DNA of 63,939 nt, filler included, from Conidiobolus incongruus B7586 (Eukaryota), in the NCBI GenBank assembly GCA_000697335.1. It is 12 parts of 12 records of this genome, joined end to end, with 100 filler letters (N's around TTAATTAATTAA, not from the genome) between each part and the next. Parts side by side here need not be neighbours in the genome. Positions count along the whole stretch, not along the records: positions 1 to 29,046 come from JNEM01006455.1; 11 more parts are not named here. One strand, given 5' to 3'. Each line of letters starts with the position of its first letter. Position 1 is the first letter of the stretch. The position numbers and the translations under genes are program-made. Shown here piece after piece: positions 1-14,331 of this stretch. The notes below the pieces were generated by a model. The model ran no database searches. It had not been told where the DNA came from and saw only the letters and a list, made by a program, of their open reading frames with translations.

Positions 1-1606
1 AAAATTTTAAAATAATTTATTATAAATATTATTTATAATTATTCTTTTTTTACAAAGAATTAATTTGAAATACTTTTAAATTTATTTTTATCAGTTAAAA
101 AATTAAAATAAAAATATCCATAATGTTTACCATTATATACAAAATAAATTCAGCTTAATATTATTCTTTTATTAAAATTAAAAATTTTCAAAATTTTATA
201 ATTAAGTTTAATATATAAATTTCTTTGATTTAATTATATTTAAATCAAATTACTTATAAAAATATATTGAAAACATCTAGTTTAATTTATATTAATTATT
301 TTTCAATAATAACTATTCCATTTATTAAAATATTTACTATATAAGTTGAATTTTAGAGATTTATACAAGATATGATATTTCAATAATATTTGAATAATAT
401 ATTTAAAAACTATATTTTCAAATTTATTTAATAATTGTATTTTTTAAAAAAAATATTTTATAATAGAGATATTTAATAAAATTTTTATATTATATGCTCT
501 ATTAAGAAATTATTATAATATAAATTTTATAAAATTATGTTAAATTAATATTTTTAAGTTTACAAGATAACTCTTAATAATTAAAAAAAATTGATTAATC
601 TATCTTATAAATAATTAATATTTTGTTATTTAAATTAAATATTGAAAATTAGTAAGTTAAAATGATCGTTTCAACTTTAGAATAATTATAATATGAAATA
701 TAAATATGAAAAAAAATTAAAATATCGAATTTAATATTGTATATAAGTTTTATTTAAATATCTTCAACTATTAATTTTTTTGTTAAATCTGTATTTTAAC
801 TTGACTCACTAATTTAAATTTTAAAGTTAGTTCTATTATTGATACAATTTAAAAATTATGAATTAGAAATATTTAAAAAAAATCATTTGAATTTGATAAT
901 TTATATTAACAATAAACTATAAGATGCTGTCAGTTGATTCAAATCGAATTCAGACTAAAAAATATGGCCAAATAATCATCAAACTTTATAGATACTAAAA
1001 ATTTGGTATTGGTAAAAGCGATTTATAAGATAATAAACCAAAATCTTAATAAATACCATAACTGTTCCAACTTCTTTTATTTCTACCTAGATTTTAGTAA
1101 ACTGTATTTTTAAAATAATATATCAAAGTTCTGAAAAATAATTCAATATTTGCTGAAATAAATTTTAATTTTCATACCTTTAGTAAATATTAAATTAATT
1201 AAAACCATTTAATATTCATAATGTGTTGAGTTTTTTTTTAAATAAACTTCAAATAGCTTACCATTATGAGAAAATTTTTAAAATTAGAATATGTTTAACT
1301 CTAACTATAAATTATAGTAAATAATAGTAGTCTCCTCAAACTTGAAAAAAAAAATCTATAATTTAGAATAAAAGGCTAGTGGATTGAATGATAAAAATCT
1401 AATTCAGGCTGGTACTTGTAGGCTCTATATTATTTTGAGTTATATAATCAAACCTGAAATATAAAACAATCTAACTAATTAAAAATATGAAATGTTATAT
1501 ATAATACTATATACATTATTGAAATGTATATTTATATTAAAAAATGAACACGACTTTGAAAATTTGCCATGAATTTGAATAATGTGTCAAAGCTTGATAT
1601 ATGTTT

Positions 1607-2842
1607 TTAATTAGTTTCAGTCTGTTGTTGTTTGGCGTGATCAGCTCTAATTTGGTCTAAAAAGAAAAAGTGAGTCAAATGTTGAAATAGTGATAAATTA
1701 TATGATTTACCAAAGTAGACGTGGTTCATAGCTTCTTGAGCAGTTAATCTTTCTTGGTGGTCGTAACGTAAGAGTTTGTCCAAAAAGTCGATGGCGGCGT
1801 TGGATACGAGGTGAGAGTTTTCGGGTGTAATGAACTTATTCCAGGGTTTGCGCATGTAGTTGCCTAAAATATCATCATAGCGACTGTCTAAGTTGATTTC
1901 GTATTTATCCAGGTATGAATAAAGATCAGGGGTTCCTAATACTTTAGCGATTTTAACCAATTGATCATAGTTGTCAGATCCTAAATAAAACATGTTAATC
2001 AAAATTTAGATATAAACTACATATTTAATTAATTACCATGGAAAAAGGGTTCTTTTTTGAAAATCTAAATTAAAATCAAGTTAGCAAGAAGAGAATAACT
2101 GAACGGATATGAATAAAACATACCATACTGGCGAACATACAGCCCAAACTCCACATATCCAAAGAATAGTCATATTCTTGCATATCAACCAATAATTCGG
2201 GACCTTTGAAGTATCTAGAAGCGACACGAACGTTGTAACTAGTACCAGGATGATAAAATTCAGCCAAACCCCAATCAATTAAACGCAATTTCTTATTTTC
2301 ATGGTCGATCATGACGTTATGAGGCTTAACATCTCTATGCATAATACCTTTGGAATGGCAGAAGTCCAAAGCCTTCAACAATTCGAAGATATAGAAACGG
2401 ATGTCGTAATCTGTGAATTTAGGATACAACATTTTGAAATCCAAGTTATTGACATGTTCAAAGATCAAAGCGGGTGTATTAGACTGAGGATCTTTAACAA
2501 TATCCAATAATTCGATAACGTTCACACCACCCTTCAAATTCTGCAAAATTTTAATTTCTCTCTTGATTTTCTTCTTCTTAACAGGTTTTAAACATTTTAT
2601 AATGACTTTGCAATCTCCAGGAATACTCCAACCTTCGAATACTTCCGAATATTTACCTCTTCCGACTCTTCTAATTATTTCGTAATTATCTTGTTCTCTA
2701 TTAAATTATATCAATAGTTAGTCAATTGAATAGATTGCAAATATTACCCCCAAGTAATTTGTAAATTTTCATAATCCCAATAACTACGAGGCATATTAGA
2801 GTTCACATCAGCGTAAACTCTAGCGATACTAGTTTCAGACAT
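1607..2842 (-). CDS. CKA1: Casein kinase II catalytic (alpha) subunit, 5 exons (approx. 2842-2748, 2697-2124, 2064-2037, 1980-1711, 1656-1607)
   Basis: N-terminus [14 protein letters not shown]...[63 protein letters not shown]; four GT-AG introns join the frames. Confidence 0.97.
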
Positions 2843-4688
2843 TTTAAAAAATTTTTCGATAAATTGACTCAACTTTACAAATCTAGATTTATGATCAAAC
2901 TAATACAAGAAACCTAAAATATTTTAAAATAATATTAGTAAATTGCACCAATTGACAAAGATGATTAGTTGGGTATTAATTTTGATTAAAAATTTCAAAA
3001 TTTCAAAAGTTTAAAGTTTGAAATAAAAATTCAATTAATTTTCCTCTAACCAATTACTTTAAAAACAGAGAGTAATGAAAATATTGAGGAGAAATTATAA
3101 TATTGAATTTAAATTTTATTTTTAGCATATATTGATATAATTATTCATTTACTTTAATGGCTATAGAATTGGATTAATTGTGAGATAATTTTTTACAATG
3201 GAATTTTTCAACTTGAAGTTTTTCACTTTAATAAATTTCACTTGACAATTTTATTTTCATGGGATTTGAATTGAAATTGAAATATTTAGTGTTATTTTTA
3301 TTGAATGTAAAATCATTCAAGTATTTTGAATTAAATATTGGGATAGAAATAATCAGTGTTTATAATGTATCATAAAATAAAAAGGAGTGTATATGGTTTT
3401 TTTCATAATTACTCTATATTATATTTAAAATTAATACTTCCATTCATTGAATTACCCATTTTTTCAACTATTCAGAATTGGAATGACTCATATATCACGA
3501 TGAAATGAGATACTGTTAAAATTGATCAATATTGGTCAATTTATTAAAAATTATTTTATAAACTTAAAAATGAACTTATATAAATATCGGAAAAGTGAAA
3601 ATATAAATATTTATAAAGATAAGTTTCTTCATCAAATTAATATTCACAATTAAATATTTAACTTGTATATCATATCATCCAATAACATTTGAAATTTGAA
3701 TTTTTTGATATATAAACTCTTATATCCTTTGTTTTTAAATTTTAAATTGTATATAAAATAATTTAAATTTATTGGTTTTATTAATGAATATTATATAATA
3801 AAATTTCTAAAAATTAATTTAATTACCATTGTAAAATATAAAAATATAAACTAACTCTTCATTATCATAATCAAATTGTATTTGTGGAAATATGACTAAT
3901 TTTAAGCTAATTAATTATTAGTTTTAATAATTTGTATTTGCAAAAATAATTTATTTTGATAATTTAAATGAAACATAATCAATATTTAGTTCAAATTCAC
4001 TTATATTAAATAAAAAATTTAACAAATCATGAAATCAATCAATTAATTTTAATAATCGAATCAAGTACATATCCTATTTGAATATATAAATACACCAAAA
4101 TTTGAATCTCTCAAACTATCGAGATATATTTCAGAGTATTCAATAAAAAAGCTAACTATTAGGATCTATGATATATATGATTATTATTAGTTGAAGTTGA
4201 TATAATAAATACAGGGTATTAATCATATACGCCAGTTTTATAGACAACAAGAGTTGCAAATTAAACTGTGACCAATATGAATGACTATCTAAATAATTCA
4301 GTATGTCAAATTAATTGAATATTAACCCGAATATATATTAATGATTCGAGATATTAAAAGGATACAATTAATATTTATTAATCGAATCATAAATATCTAT
4401 ATCCTTCATAATCCAGTTTGACTAAAAGTATAGAGATGATAATTCGATCTAAAATTAATTAAAAAGAGACCCCTAATTTGGTAAATGATTGTTTTATGAT
4501 AATAATCCATTTAATTCAAAAATTACAGTCATTCCATTTTCAATTTTTCAATTTTATTCTTTCAACTATTAATTATTAATTGTTAATTAAAAATTAATAC
4601 TCTGATTATAAATTATTCATACTGTATTTTAATTGCTATTAAGAGTTTATTAAATCATTCTTAAAAACATTATTTTTTTTAATTCAAT

Positions 4689-6752
4689 ATGGTTAACAGA
4701 AACCAGTCAACACCCCACAATATTACCTCGAATTGGAGTTTGAGACGCATTCACCATATGAGTACTCACCCATTGTCTACATCAACTTCTAACTCTCAAC
4801 CTGTACAATTACCTTCTACTACGAATTCCCACCTGTCAGCTGAACCTCAAGAAATTCGAAGAAATAGCTTCAAATTGCCCGATTATTTACAAGGTACTTC
4901 ATTCGCAGATTGGGTGGCGGAACGAGAGAATGCCAAGGGAGAAGACGGAAAACAGGAACTCTATGTTCCAACAGCTTGGAGTAACAAGGATAAGAACGGA
5001 CTTTTAGACCTGAGTAAATTTAATATGAGAGTGACTTACATTGGTATTTTTTTTATCCCTTATACCCAATGAACTTGAACACAAGTTAACAATTGGAATT
5101 TGTTTAGGACCTGGTAAGAGCGAGTCGGATATTTCAGCAATTCGAGCCAATCATTTTATACCACCTCAGTGTGGTATCTTTTATTTCGAAATTGAAATTA
5201 TTTCTAAAGGGAGGGACGGGTAAAATTAATTTTTACTAACATTATAGACCTTTGGTTTATTTATTTAAATAATATGTTTTTTAGTCAAATAGGTATCGGT
5301 TTCTGCGCTAATACCGTTATGTTATCTAGATTACCTGGTAATTTTAATTGATATTGTGACTTATTTTCAGTTTGTAACGATTTTTAGGTTGGGAACCTAA
5401 CTCTTGGGGCTACCATGGTGATGACGGTAACTCTTTTAATTGTACAGGAACTGGAAAACCTTACGGTCCCACCTTTGGTATGGGTGATGTGATAGGATGT
5501 GGTATTAATTTTAGAGATAATACCGCCTTCTTTACCAAAAATGGGATTAATTTAGGTATTTTAATTTTTTAAAAATGATAGAAGCAAGTCATATAACTTG
5601 ATAATTTCAGGTATTGCTTTTAGAGATATTCGAGGAACTTTATATCCTTCTGTTGGTTTAAGGACTCCTGGAGAACAAATTGAAGCTAATTTCGGTCAAA
5701 AGAGATTCAAATTTGATATTGAGCATTATATGAGCTTAGAGAAAACTAAACTTTGGAAAGAGATTAATGCTTTCCCATTACCAGATCAATCTAATATATC
5801 TGGAGATCATAAAGAAACCTCCACCAATTCAATTCTCAACCTTATGTTAACATCATATCTAGTACACCATGGTTATCTCAACACTGCTAAAAAATTTGCA
5901 TCAAATGCTTTGGGTATGGGAACTGAAGACGAAGCCAATCCATCTGCTTGCAGTCCTTCAGAAACCAGGATCCAACAAAAACTAGAACTCGAATTGAGCA
6001 ACGATCAAGCCAACGACATTCGACAGCGAAAGACAATTCGCGACAACGTCTTACTCGGCAATATCGACGAAGCCATCCGACTTACCGAACTATATTATCC
6101 CACCGTATTTGAAACCAACCAAGAGATTCTATTTAAATTAAAATGTCAAAAGTTTGCCGAAATGATGATTCAACTCCATCAATCTAACAATTCCAATCCA
6201 AAAAATGAAAACGATATCAATATGGAGATTGATGATGATATTCCCAGAAATCACACGGGTTCATCCCGTCAAGACCAATTCAGCAACAAAAACGATATTT
6301 TGATGAAGATTATTAGCTATGGTCACGACTTGCAAAATGAATTCGGCAAGGAAGATAAACCCTTTATTAAAAGTACCTTAGTGGTAATTAATATTCATCC
6401 ATTATTTCATTTAGTAGTATATACTGATTAATCTGAATTCTCTAGGATGTATTCGCATTGTTAGCATACGCCAATCCCTACGAATCTGCAATGGCCTATC
6501 TATTGGATCCCAATCAGAGAGAACCTGTTGCCAATGCCCTCAATTCAGCTATTTTAGGTAAATAATCAATCATTCTTATCCTAATAATTTATTGATCATC
6601 AATTATTTTATCTAGTGAGTCAAGGACGACCACCCATTCCATCTCTAGAACTACTATTCCGACAAGCTAGTGTATGCTGTAGTCAACTGGTCGAAAATGG
6701 TATCGGTGACGGTGCACTTGTTAAAATAAGAGAAGATTGTTTAATGGAATAA
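4689..6752 (+). CDS. RanBP9/RanBP10 (Gid1/Vid30-like) CTLH/GID complex subunit with SPRY-LisH-CTLH-CRA domains, multi-exon
   Basis: SPRY motifs [63 protein letters not shown]; Lis[57 protein letters not shown]; stop TAA 6750-6752. Confidence 0.92.
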
Positions 6753-7579
6753 AATACACTCAAGTATTTTTTACCACCGTTTCATCGTTTTGAACTCAAT
6801 CCCTGATAATATTTTACATATGCTGTACTACTCACCAATAGCATTCAATTTGGATTTTTATATACTATTGCTCTTAAAATATAAAATGTAAATTGATTTA
6901 ATATTATTAATGTTTCATCTGAATGGAAATATCTATTGAACTTTGATATTTTAATGAAATTATGGCAAGTTGTATTTTAATTTCAATTCATTTACAAATA
7001 TTAAAATATTTTATTATTATGCTTACTAAATAATCTTTATAAATTTGTAATAATTTGAGAATTATCTAATAATTTAATTATTTATTCAAATTCCAATTTT
7101 TTCATATCTTAAGTGTGGTTAAAGTATCAAAATTGAATATTTTTTTAGTTTTTTAACTCAAATTTCAATCTTATTCCGAAAAAAAAATGAATGACAATAT
7201 TTCAAAAGCCAAAATATATAAATCAATAAGTTAGTTAAAAAATTCATCAATTTGTTAGTTTTATTAAAGTATTTTGAATATAAAAAATAATTTACTTGAT
7301 GTTATTATTACTATTCATTTAACAAAGTTTGAATTATAATATTAAGAATGAATTTGATATTGACTTTAACATTTTAGTAGTTTGAATAAACCTGTTAAAT
7401 ATTATCCCATAATAATAAAAAGAGATCTAATAATGTTAAATTAACCTTTCAAATGTGGGGAGATGTCAAAACAGGGGACTAGTTTTAACTAATTAAAAAA
7501 TTAATTAAATTTATTTATTTCAATCTGTTATAATAAAAATAATAATAATAATAATTATAATAATTATAACTAAACCAAT

Positions 7580-9652
7580 ATGGATATTGATTCAATTTTC
7601 AATGTAAAGATTTTTTCACATTATAAAATCTATATATACAAATAATTAATAAATTTAGAATAAGGACAAGTCAGGAAAACGTAAATTAGTTGACCCCAAC
7701 AAAGACGGAAGTATCAAATTACTCAAGGTGGATTCTGACGAAGAGGTGGAATTCAGCAGCGTTCAAAAGGGTGACAAAAGGGACCAAGTTGATGTGGAAG
7801 ACGAGACCGAAGACCGGGAAGAGGACGAAGAAGGCGGACGATTCTTCGAAGATGGTTTAGATAACCAAGAGCGTCAAGTTTTAGATTGGGTAGAATTAGG
7901 GGATGATCTAGATGTAATTTATCTCCATAGTGACTTAATTCTTACTAATATTTATTATAGAATGAAGAAATAACGATAATGACAGTTAAAAAATTAATTT
8001 TAAAGTTGGAAAAGAGTATTACTAAAAATAATGAAATGAGGACTAAATATCCTAATGAACCTAAGAAGTAAATGACTTATTTTTATTTAAAATTGCATTA
8101 TTCATAATTTGGTAGGTTTATGGAATCGGAAACTGATTTAGATCAAGAAATTAAAAATTGCAAATTATTAGCTCAAACTCCACAATTTTATCCAACTCTT
8201 ATTGAATTAAATGCAATTCAATCCATTCTAGGTCTTCTCATCCACGAAAACACTGACATCGTAGTAAGTTGTCTCGAACTAATCAACGAATTAATCGATG
8301 AAGATATTTTATCAGATCCTGAAACTACATTAAAACCTAAAGAATTACAAGCTATCGAATCTGGCATCAATGCACTGATTCAAAATCTCCTGGACAACAA
8401 ATTCTACACCTTCCTAATGCAAAACATCCTTCGCTTTGATGAAACGAATGACGAAGAACGTTCCGGCATCTTTCAAATCCTTAGTATTATAGAGAGTATC
8501 GGATCCATTCAAGCGGACGCTCTTGAATTAATTTTAGCTGAAACTGAAATTTTACAGTGGATTGTCAATCGCATCAAATTCAAAAATCATATCACTGACA
8601 AAGAGTTGGGAAGTTTCGATGCAAACGCCCAATACGCCTCCGAAGTATTAGCTATTCTCCTCCAGGGAAGTCGCAACAATCGTATAAAATTCTGTGGGAT
8701 CGGTGGCGTTGACGCAGTTCTGAGAATTCTAAGTAACTACAAAAAGAGAGATCCCAGAGACAGGGACGAAATCGAATTTATGGAAAATTTATTCGATTGT
8801 ATCAATTCCGTCCTCCAAGAAGATGTCGGCAAACAAAAATTTTTTATATCTGAAGGCATTGTTCTCATGTTGATTTTACTTAAAAGTAAAAGGATGTGTC
8901 GTATCCGAGCTATTGAAACTATCAATTTTGCGACTGTAACACATTCCGGAAAACCTAATTCCATCCAACTGGTGCGAGAAGGTGGTCTCAGTCCCATATT
9001 TTCAGCCCTAATGAAAAAGAAACTGAAACAATACAAGAAACAATACCCAGAATTCAACGAGATCAAGGACGAGGAGCACTGTGTCAGTATAATCAGTTCC
9101 CTATTAGTAAATCTTCCAACTGACAGTCTCGAGTGGGTGCGAGTACTTCGAAAATTCTTCGAAAACGACATGGAGAAGGTCGATCGCATCGTGGAAATTT
9201 TCCTCTTTTATAATGATCGTATGACCCAGATCGAACGCACTTTGGACGAACATTTGAATCTCGATATGGACGACGATCTCATGACTGAGGATGAACGTAT
9301 CTACTCCGCCAAACTCGAAGGAGGACTTTTCACACTACAAATGACAGCTCTGATTCTCACTATTTTGGCTTATTATGAAAGCGCCATTCGCGATAAGATC
9401 ATTTACCTCCTCGTCCGACGTAATTTGGGACTCTCGACCATTGAAGCAGTCGTTAAAGAATACTTGGAGGGATTGGGTGATGATCACGATATGGATACTA
9501 CTGAAGACGAAGATCATATCAGTCTCAATTATAGGGCGTTGGACTGGATTACTTCACTTCAGAAAGATTTCGTACCTCCAGAATCTTTAGTGAATAATGA
9601 GGATGTGGAAACTACTGAAGGTGACGAGAATGATAAAGTAAATGACGAGTAA
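7580..9652 (+). CDS. CTNNBL1: Beta-catenin-like protein 1 (Prp19/CDC5L complex-associated splicing factor), about 4 exons
   Basis: MDIDSIF start, EEGGRFF, KNNEMRTKYPNEPKKFMESETDLD, LLIHENTDI, NAQYASEVLAILLQ, EFMENLFD, ENDMEKVDR, LEGGLFTLQ. Confidence 0.92.
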
Positions 9653-9861
9653 ACAAATTAAATTATTTCAATTTACTGAATTAATAAAGAGTAAATTTAA
9701 AATGAAAAATATAATAATATTTAAATTAATTGACTAAAAAGGAATTGTAATATAAATTGGATGAATTTAAGGTGACAGTGATGAAATATTTAAACAAATT
9801 TTATAATGTTTTGTTTTTAAAAAAATTGTTAATGTATGAATCGAATATTTGTCTCTCATAG

Positions 9862-10440
9862 TGTCACGGTTATTAGCTCTTGGAGCGTCCTTGAGGTCAC
9901 TGACACAGCCATTCTGTAGGCCAGATTGTGAAACATGACGCTACCAGCTGGGGTAAACTACCGATGATCAGGTCTCTGGCTATCCGGCCTTAATCACTTG
10001 TAAATAGGGCTTTGTAAAGAGCGACTAGACCAGCAGCAACAGTGGCGACGTTAGGTTCCGACATGCTAAGAAGATGGAATCAAGGAATATCAATAGGAAC
10101 GGACTTAGAAGATATAGTGTAAAATGACTCAAGTAGAACTATAAGGAGTTACTTAAGTATATCACAAGAGTTGGTTTTGGAAGTAGGCAAAAGGTCTATT
10201 TGTGTAAGAAAGTAATGTAAGAGAAAGTGTGTATATGTAGATTAATTAGGAAGTGTTGGTATAAGTAGACCATGACGGATTAATATCGTGATTGTAAGAG
10301 CATCGGCATATTGTATTACCAAGTGTTTAGAGCCTTATTCATAATTGGTTAGTATTATTTATATGGCTTGTTGGTATGATATGGGATTTAGTAGTGGGTT
10401 TTGAGTGAAAGAAGGTATGAATTACATAACAAATGTCACA
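9862..10440 (-). mobile_element. Solo LTR (579 bp) immediately upstream of tRNA-His
   Basis: GC-elevated block bounded by TGTCAC...GTCACA (TG...CA) and flanked by a near-identical 5-bp target duplication CATAG (9857-9861) / CATTG (10441-10445); strand is tentative. Confidence 0.7.
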
Positions 10441-10450
10441 CATTGACTAG

Positions 10451-10521
10451 GCCGTTGTAGTATAGTGGTAGTACGAAGCGTTGTGGCCGCTCAGACCGCG
10501 GTTCGATTCCGCGCAACGGCA
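10451..10521 (+). tRNA. tRNA-His (GTG)
   Basis: Cloverleaf: acceptor GCCGTTG/CAACGGC, D-arm with TAGTGG, anticodon loop TTGTGGC, T-arm CGCGG-TTCGATT-CCGCG, discriminator A. Confidence 0.95.
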
Positions 10522-10540
10522 CTTGAATTTCTCGAGATTA

Positions 10541-10547
10541 TTTTTTT
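10541..10547 (+). terminator. Pol III oligo-T terminator of tRNA-His
   Basis: T7 run about 20 nt after the tRNA 3' end. Confidence 0.65.
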
Positions 10548-10981
10548 CACATATTCAATAACAATTTCTTATCAATATTTAATTTTTACTCTCATTTATC
10601 ATATTATAATTCTATTTGATTATTTTAATTATATATCTAACACTAAATACTTTTTTTAATCTTATATTATATTATAATTACAGCCTTATCAAATCAAATT
10701 CAATTTAATATATGTGCTGATAATATATTTAAATATATATATATATATATAATTTAACTAAATTTAGTCTTTTTATTGTATTTGAATTATAAATATTTTA
10801 GACTATGATTAATAATTGAACCCACAATTAATTTACAACCAAAGTTACAAATTAAAACAATGTATTACCAATACCCCCTGCCAAATTAATATTAGTGAAT
10901 AATAAAAACGATTTTAATTAAAATACAAATTAACACTAAAATTATTTTAAATATAAAATTAAATTAAATTAACCCAAATCA

Positions 10982-12012
10982 ATGACATCACCCCATCAGC
11001 ATTCTATATCTCCAACGAGTCGTTCGGTATCCACGACACCGCCACCTACCAATTATTTCAACTCGAATTTTTTGGATCCTTCGAACCGTATGCGAGTTCA
11101 GCAAGTTGAGGATTTTGAAAATGTTACTTTAGTATTTGAGAGAGGATGTGCCGGTAAGTATTAAAGAATATATGTTGGAATTGGAATTAACTTTGGAGTA
11201 GCTTTAGAATTGGGGGAGTTGATCCACTCTCCACACTTCGGTCTTCAGGACGCGATGGCAGCTTGTGAGGTAGTTTTGTTTAAAGTTAATAGATAAGGTT
11301 GATTAATGAAATTTAGATGATGGATCCCAAGATGGACAGTGGTTATCATGGTCACCATGCCAGTTTGAACGATTTTAACTTGAATGCAGATTTTAACTAT
11401 AATATAACTTTGGGTATTTTGGATAGGATATTTAGTCTACAGGTAATCATCATCGACACTTGAGGGATTCAAAATTGACAAATTTAGATTGAATGGTATC
11501 ACGGCCATCCTCCGTTGCAAACATTATTCACAAGTTACTACTTCCATCATCCGACGCCGCAATTGACATATTCGACATCTTCGAAGAATTTAATAGCGAC
11601 TTACGTTCATTTGGTAAGATTAACTTGCCATTTTATAGGTACTCAAATGCTGGAAGAGGGATCATTTTACGAAAGCGAGGACTTCAGTAACCAACTACCA
11701 CATGGTGTACGCTGGAGTCACGTCCAAAGTCACGACGAGGAAAGATGGGTGGAACGGAGCGAAGCTTTGGTGAACCAACTGATTGAGGGTTTGAGTATTA
11801 GGGACCAGATTTTAGATTTGATTATTCACAGATTCAAAGTTCAGATATTGTTACTCAAAATTGTTTATGAGTTTTATTCACGCCGACGTGTTGAATTAAT
11901 TAGGAATTGGACCTTTGAAAATTTGTCGATCTTTAACAATTTCCAATTGGAATATAGCTATAGTGAAGAAATTGTAGATTCAGGTAATTCTAGCATAATT
12001 GGATTTGGAATT

Positions 12013-12054
<42 letters not shown>

Positions 12055-13730
12055 TTGAGTTTAGCTTTTAATTTTAATTTACCCAATTTAATATCTGGTC
12101 AAGTTCCCCCAAGACCTATTGATCATTGGTCATTCGACAAAGTAATTATTATAAAAATACTGTATTACAATTAATTAACCGTTATTAGGTCAAATCAACT
12201 TTTAGACTATTCCTACAACGCATTTTATTTATTATTAACATTGTAACTAATCCTTACGGAGTTCATCCCAACATCGCTCAATTTTCGGGACTTGCACTCG
12301 ACAATATCTTGATGCGACATGCTACCCAGACTAATAGCGCTATTATTCAAGTGTGGGCCCAAAACCTAATGTATCACCGGGGCCTATACTTCAGCACACT
12401 GCCCTCGGATGTATTCATCCCAGCTTATATGCAGTGGCTACCACTTGCACTGAATCTCCATTCCGAAGAATTATCAAGTTTACTGAAGCCGATTTGGGAG
12501 TTTTTGCATCCCATTATTTATGACTATTTAATGAATTTTACAAAGAACCCAAGTCGTCAAAGGCGCGAAAGTTGCAAACTGATTTTGAAGTGGACCAATT
12601 ATGAGCATCGTATTAACCATATTCTATCCAATTTGGAAATTAACGTAAGGGATAAGGTAATAATTAAAAGATTATCACATTCGGATCTAATAGCCAAGCA
12701 TTTAGGAAATTATTACTACCAAACTAAATCAATTTCTAACACTTAAAAAATTTGATATCATTTTAAAAATTTTAAAATTGGGATTTTCATTAAATTTGAA
12801 TCAGTTTAAAGATTTTGAATTGAATTATATGTAATTAAATCGATAATAGTTATATAATCTTTGTTAATCTTTTTAATAGTTATTTGGAATATATTGCAAG
12901 TTTGAAATTGGAATTGATTCGAAAGATGATACCAAACTGGAGTGAGTACTTAATGGAGTTGAAAAAATATCTTAGCAATAGTCAAGGTAAATTTACCAAT
13001 CCATTCACGCCAATATTATATAGTAGATTAATCAATGCTAGATTCCATTTACGACCCAGAATTTTATCAACAACTTAAATTAACCATAGTCGGTATTGAA
13101 ACTCAAATCCAATCCGAAATCCTACAAGCCTTAATCAAAGTAACACTCTCTCCATAACATTCAATACCGCCAATACTGACATAATTTAGGAAATGGAATT
13201 AATCCAACGTCAAGGTATTATCAAACCCATTGAAGTACAAATGGACAACTACCAGGAAATCACATTTCGTAACAGGTTTAGAATGTTTGAAAACCTTGAT
13301 GAAAAATTAAAATTTGAGGAATATCTGGAAAGGCTGGAGAAGTTGAATCATTTGGTAAATTTTATATTATATAATATCTTGTTAATAGTGGGAATTGACT
13401 TTGGTTCAGAGTGGTAACGAATTAGTACATGGGATTTTGAAACATTTTCAAAATGCTATGAAATTTTTAGAGTTTTTGAAAGATTTTCCTAATAGATTGA
13501 GAGATTTGGATGATTGTTTAGCTTTAGATCTACAACAAGTAAGCTTTTTTCCACTATATATCCCTAATACTAATTCTTGGGATTAGCAATTCCATCGTCT
13601 ACAATCTCTATGTGAGTTGAGATTACAACAATGGTCTCAATTTGGAGAGGTCCGTGATGATTGGAATCAAATATTAAAGCTGGAAATGATCCAAGAGTTC
13701 CCATATTTATATTTAAATTTTAATCATTAA
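10982..13730 (+). CDS. MAK10: NatC N-alpha-acetyltransferase auxiliary subunit (NAA35/Mak10), many exons
   Basis: Spliced N-terminus [63 protein letters not shown]; probable stop TAA 13728-13730; 3' exon boundaries approximate. Confidence 0.85.
12015..12053 (+). repeat. (AAT)n microsatellite inside a probable in-frame intron of NAA35
   Basis: About 13 perfect AAT units. Confidence 0.9.
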
Positions 13731-14331
13731 TTGTAGAGATTTATAGCTTAAATAAAATTAATTAATGGTGATAAATCAATATTGGATAATTGTTGAATAG
13801 AATTTTCAACACCAATTCCTAAGTATTTCTTTTGATTAATTAGATAATGGCTATTAATCTCTAACTCAACATCAAAATAATTTTCAGGATATTAACCGTA
13901 ATCATTAATCATCACAAATTTAAACTATAGATTAATAAAATATTTGAATACTTTAATATTGTTTGGTTATAATCTATATATTTCGTAAAATATAATGCTC
14001 GTTTAGTTATTGGTAAATTGGATTTAGTTGGTGTCGAAAATTATTTACATAATTTATGGAACTTAAGATTGGAAATTCTTTAGTTTATTTTTTCATATTG
14101 ATAACTTTTATGGATACATTATTAACAAATAGAGTGACTACTGTACTAATTACCATATATGAATTATTAAAGATTAATCCAAATTAACCCTAGATTTATT
14201 AGAATTCCTACATATTAAATGATTAATAGTAATCACGTTAATTCATTCCTAATATTGCTTATTTCTAATATTCGAAATTGCAATAGATGATGGCAAAAGT
14301 TAAATATAGTCTAATTTACAGATATTGGGGG

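Noticed and set aside
1..1500. Extremely AT-rich leader
   Set aside because: May be a decayed repeat or pseudogene; nothing identifiable
8737..9590. Alternative-frame and antisense ORFs within CTNNBL1
   Set aside because: Shadows of the conserved 510-aa exon
10465..10659. 64-aa ORF
   Set aside because: Overlaps the tRNA-His gene and AT-rich flank; non-ATG start
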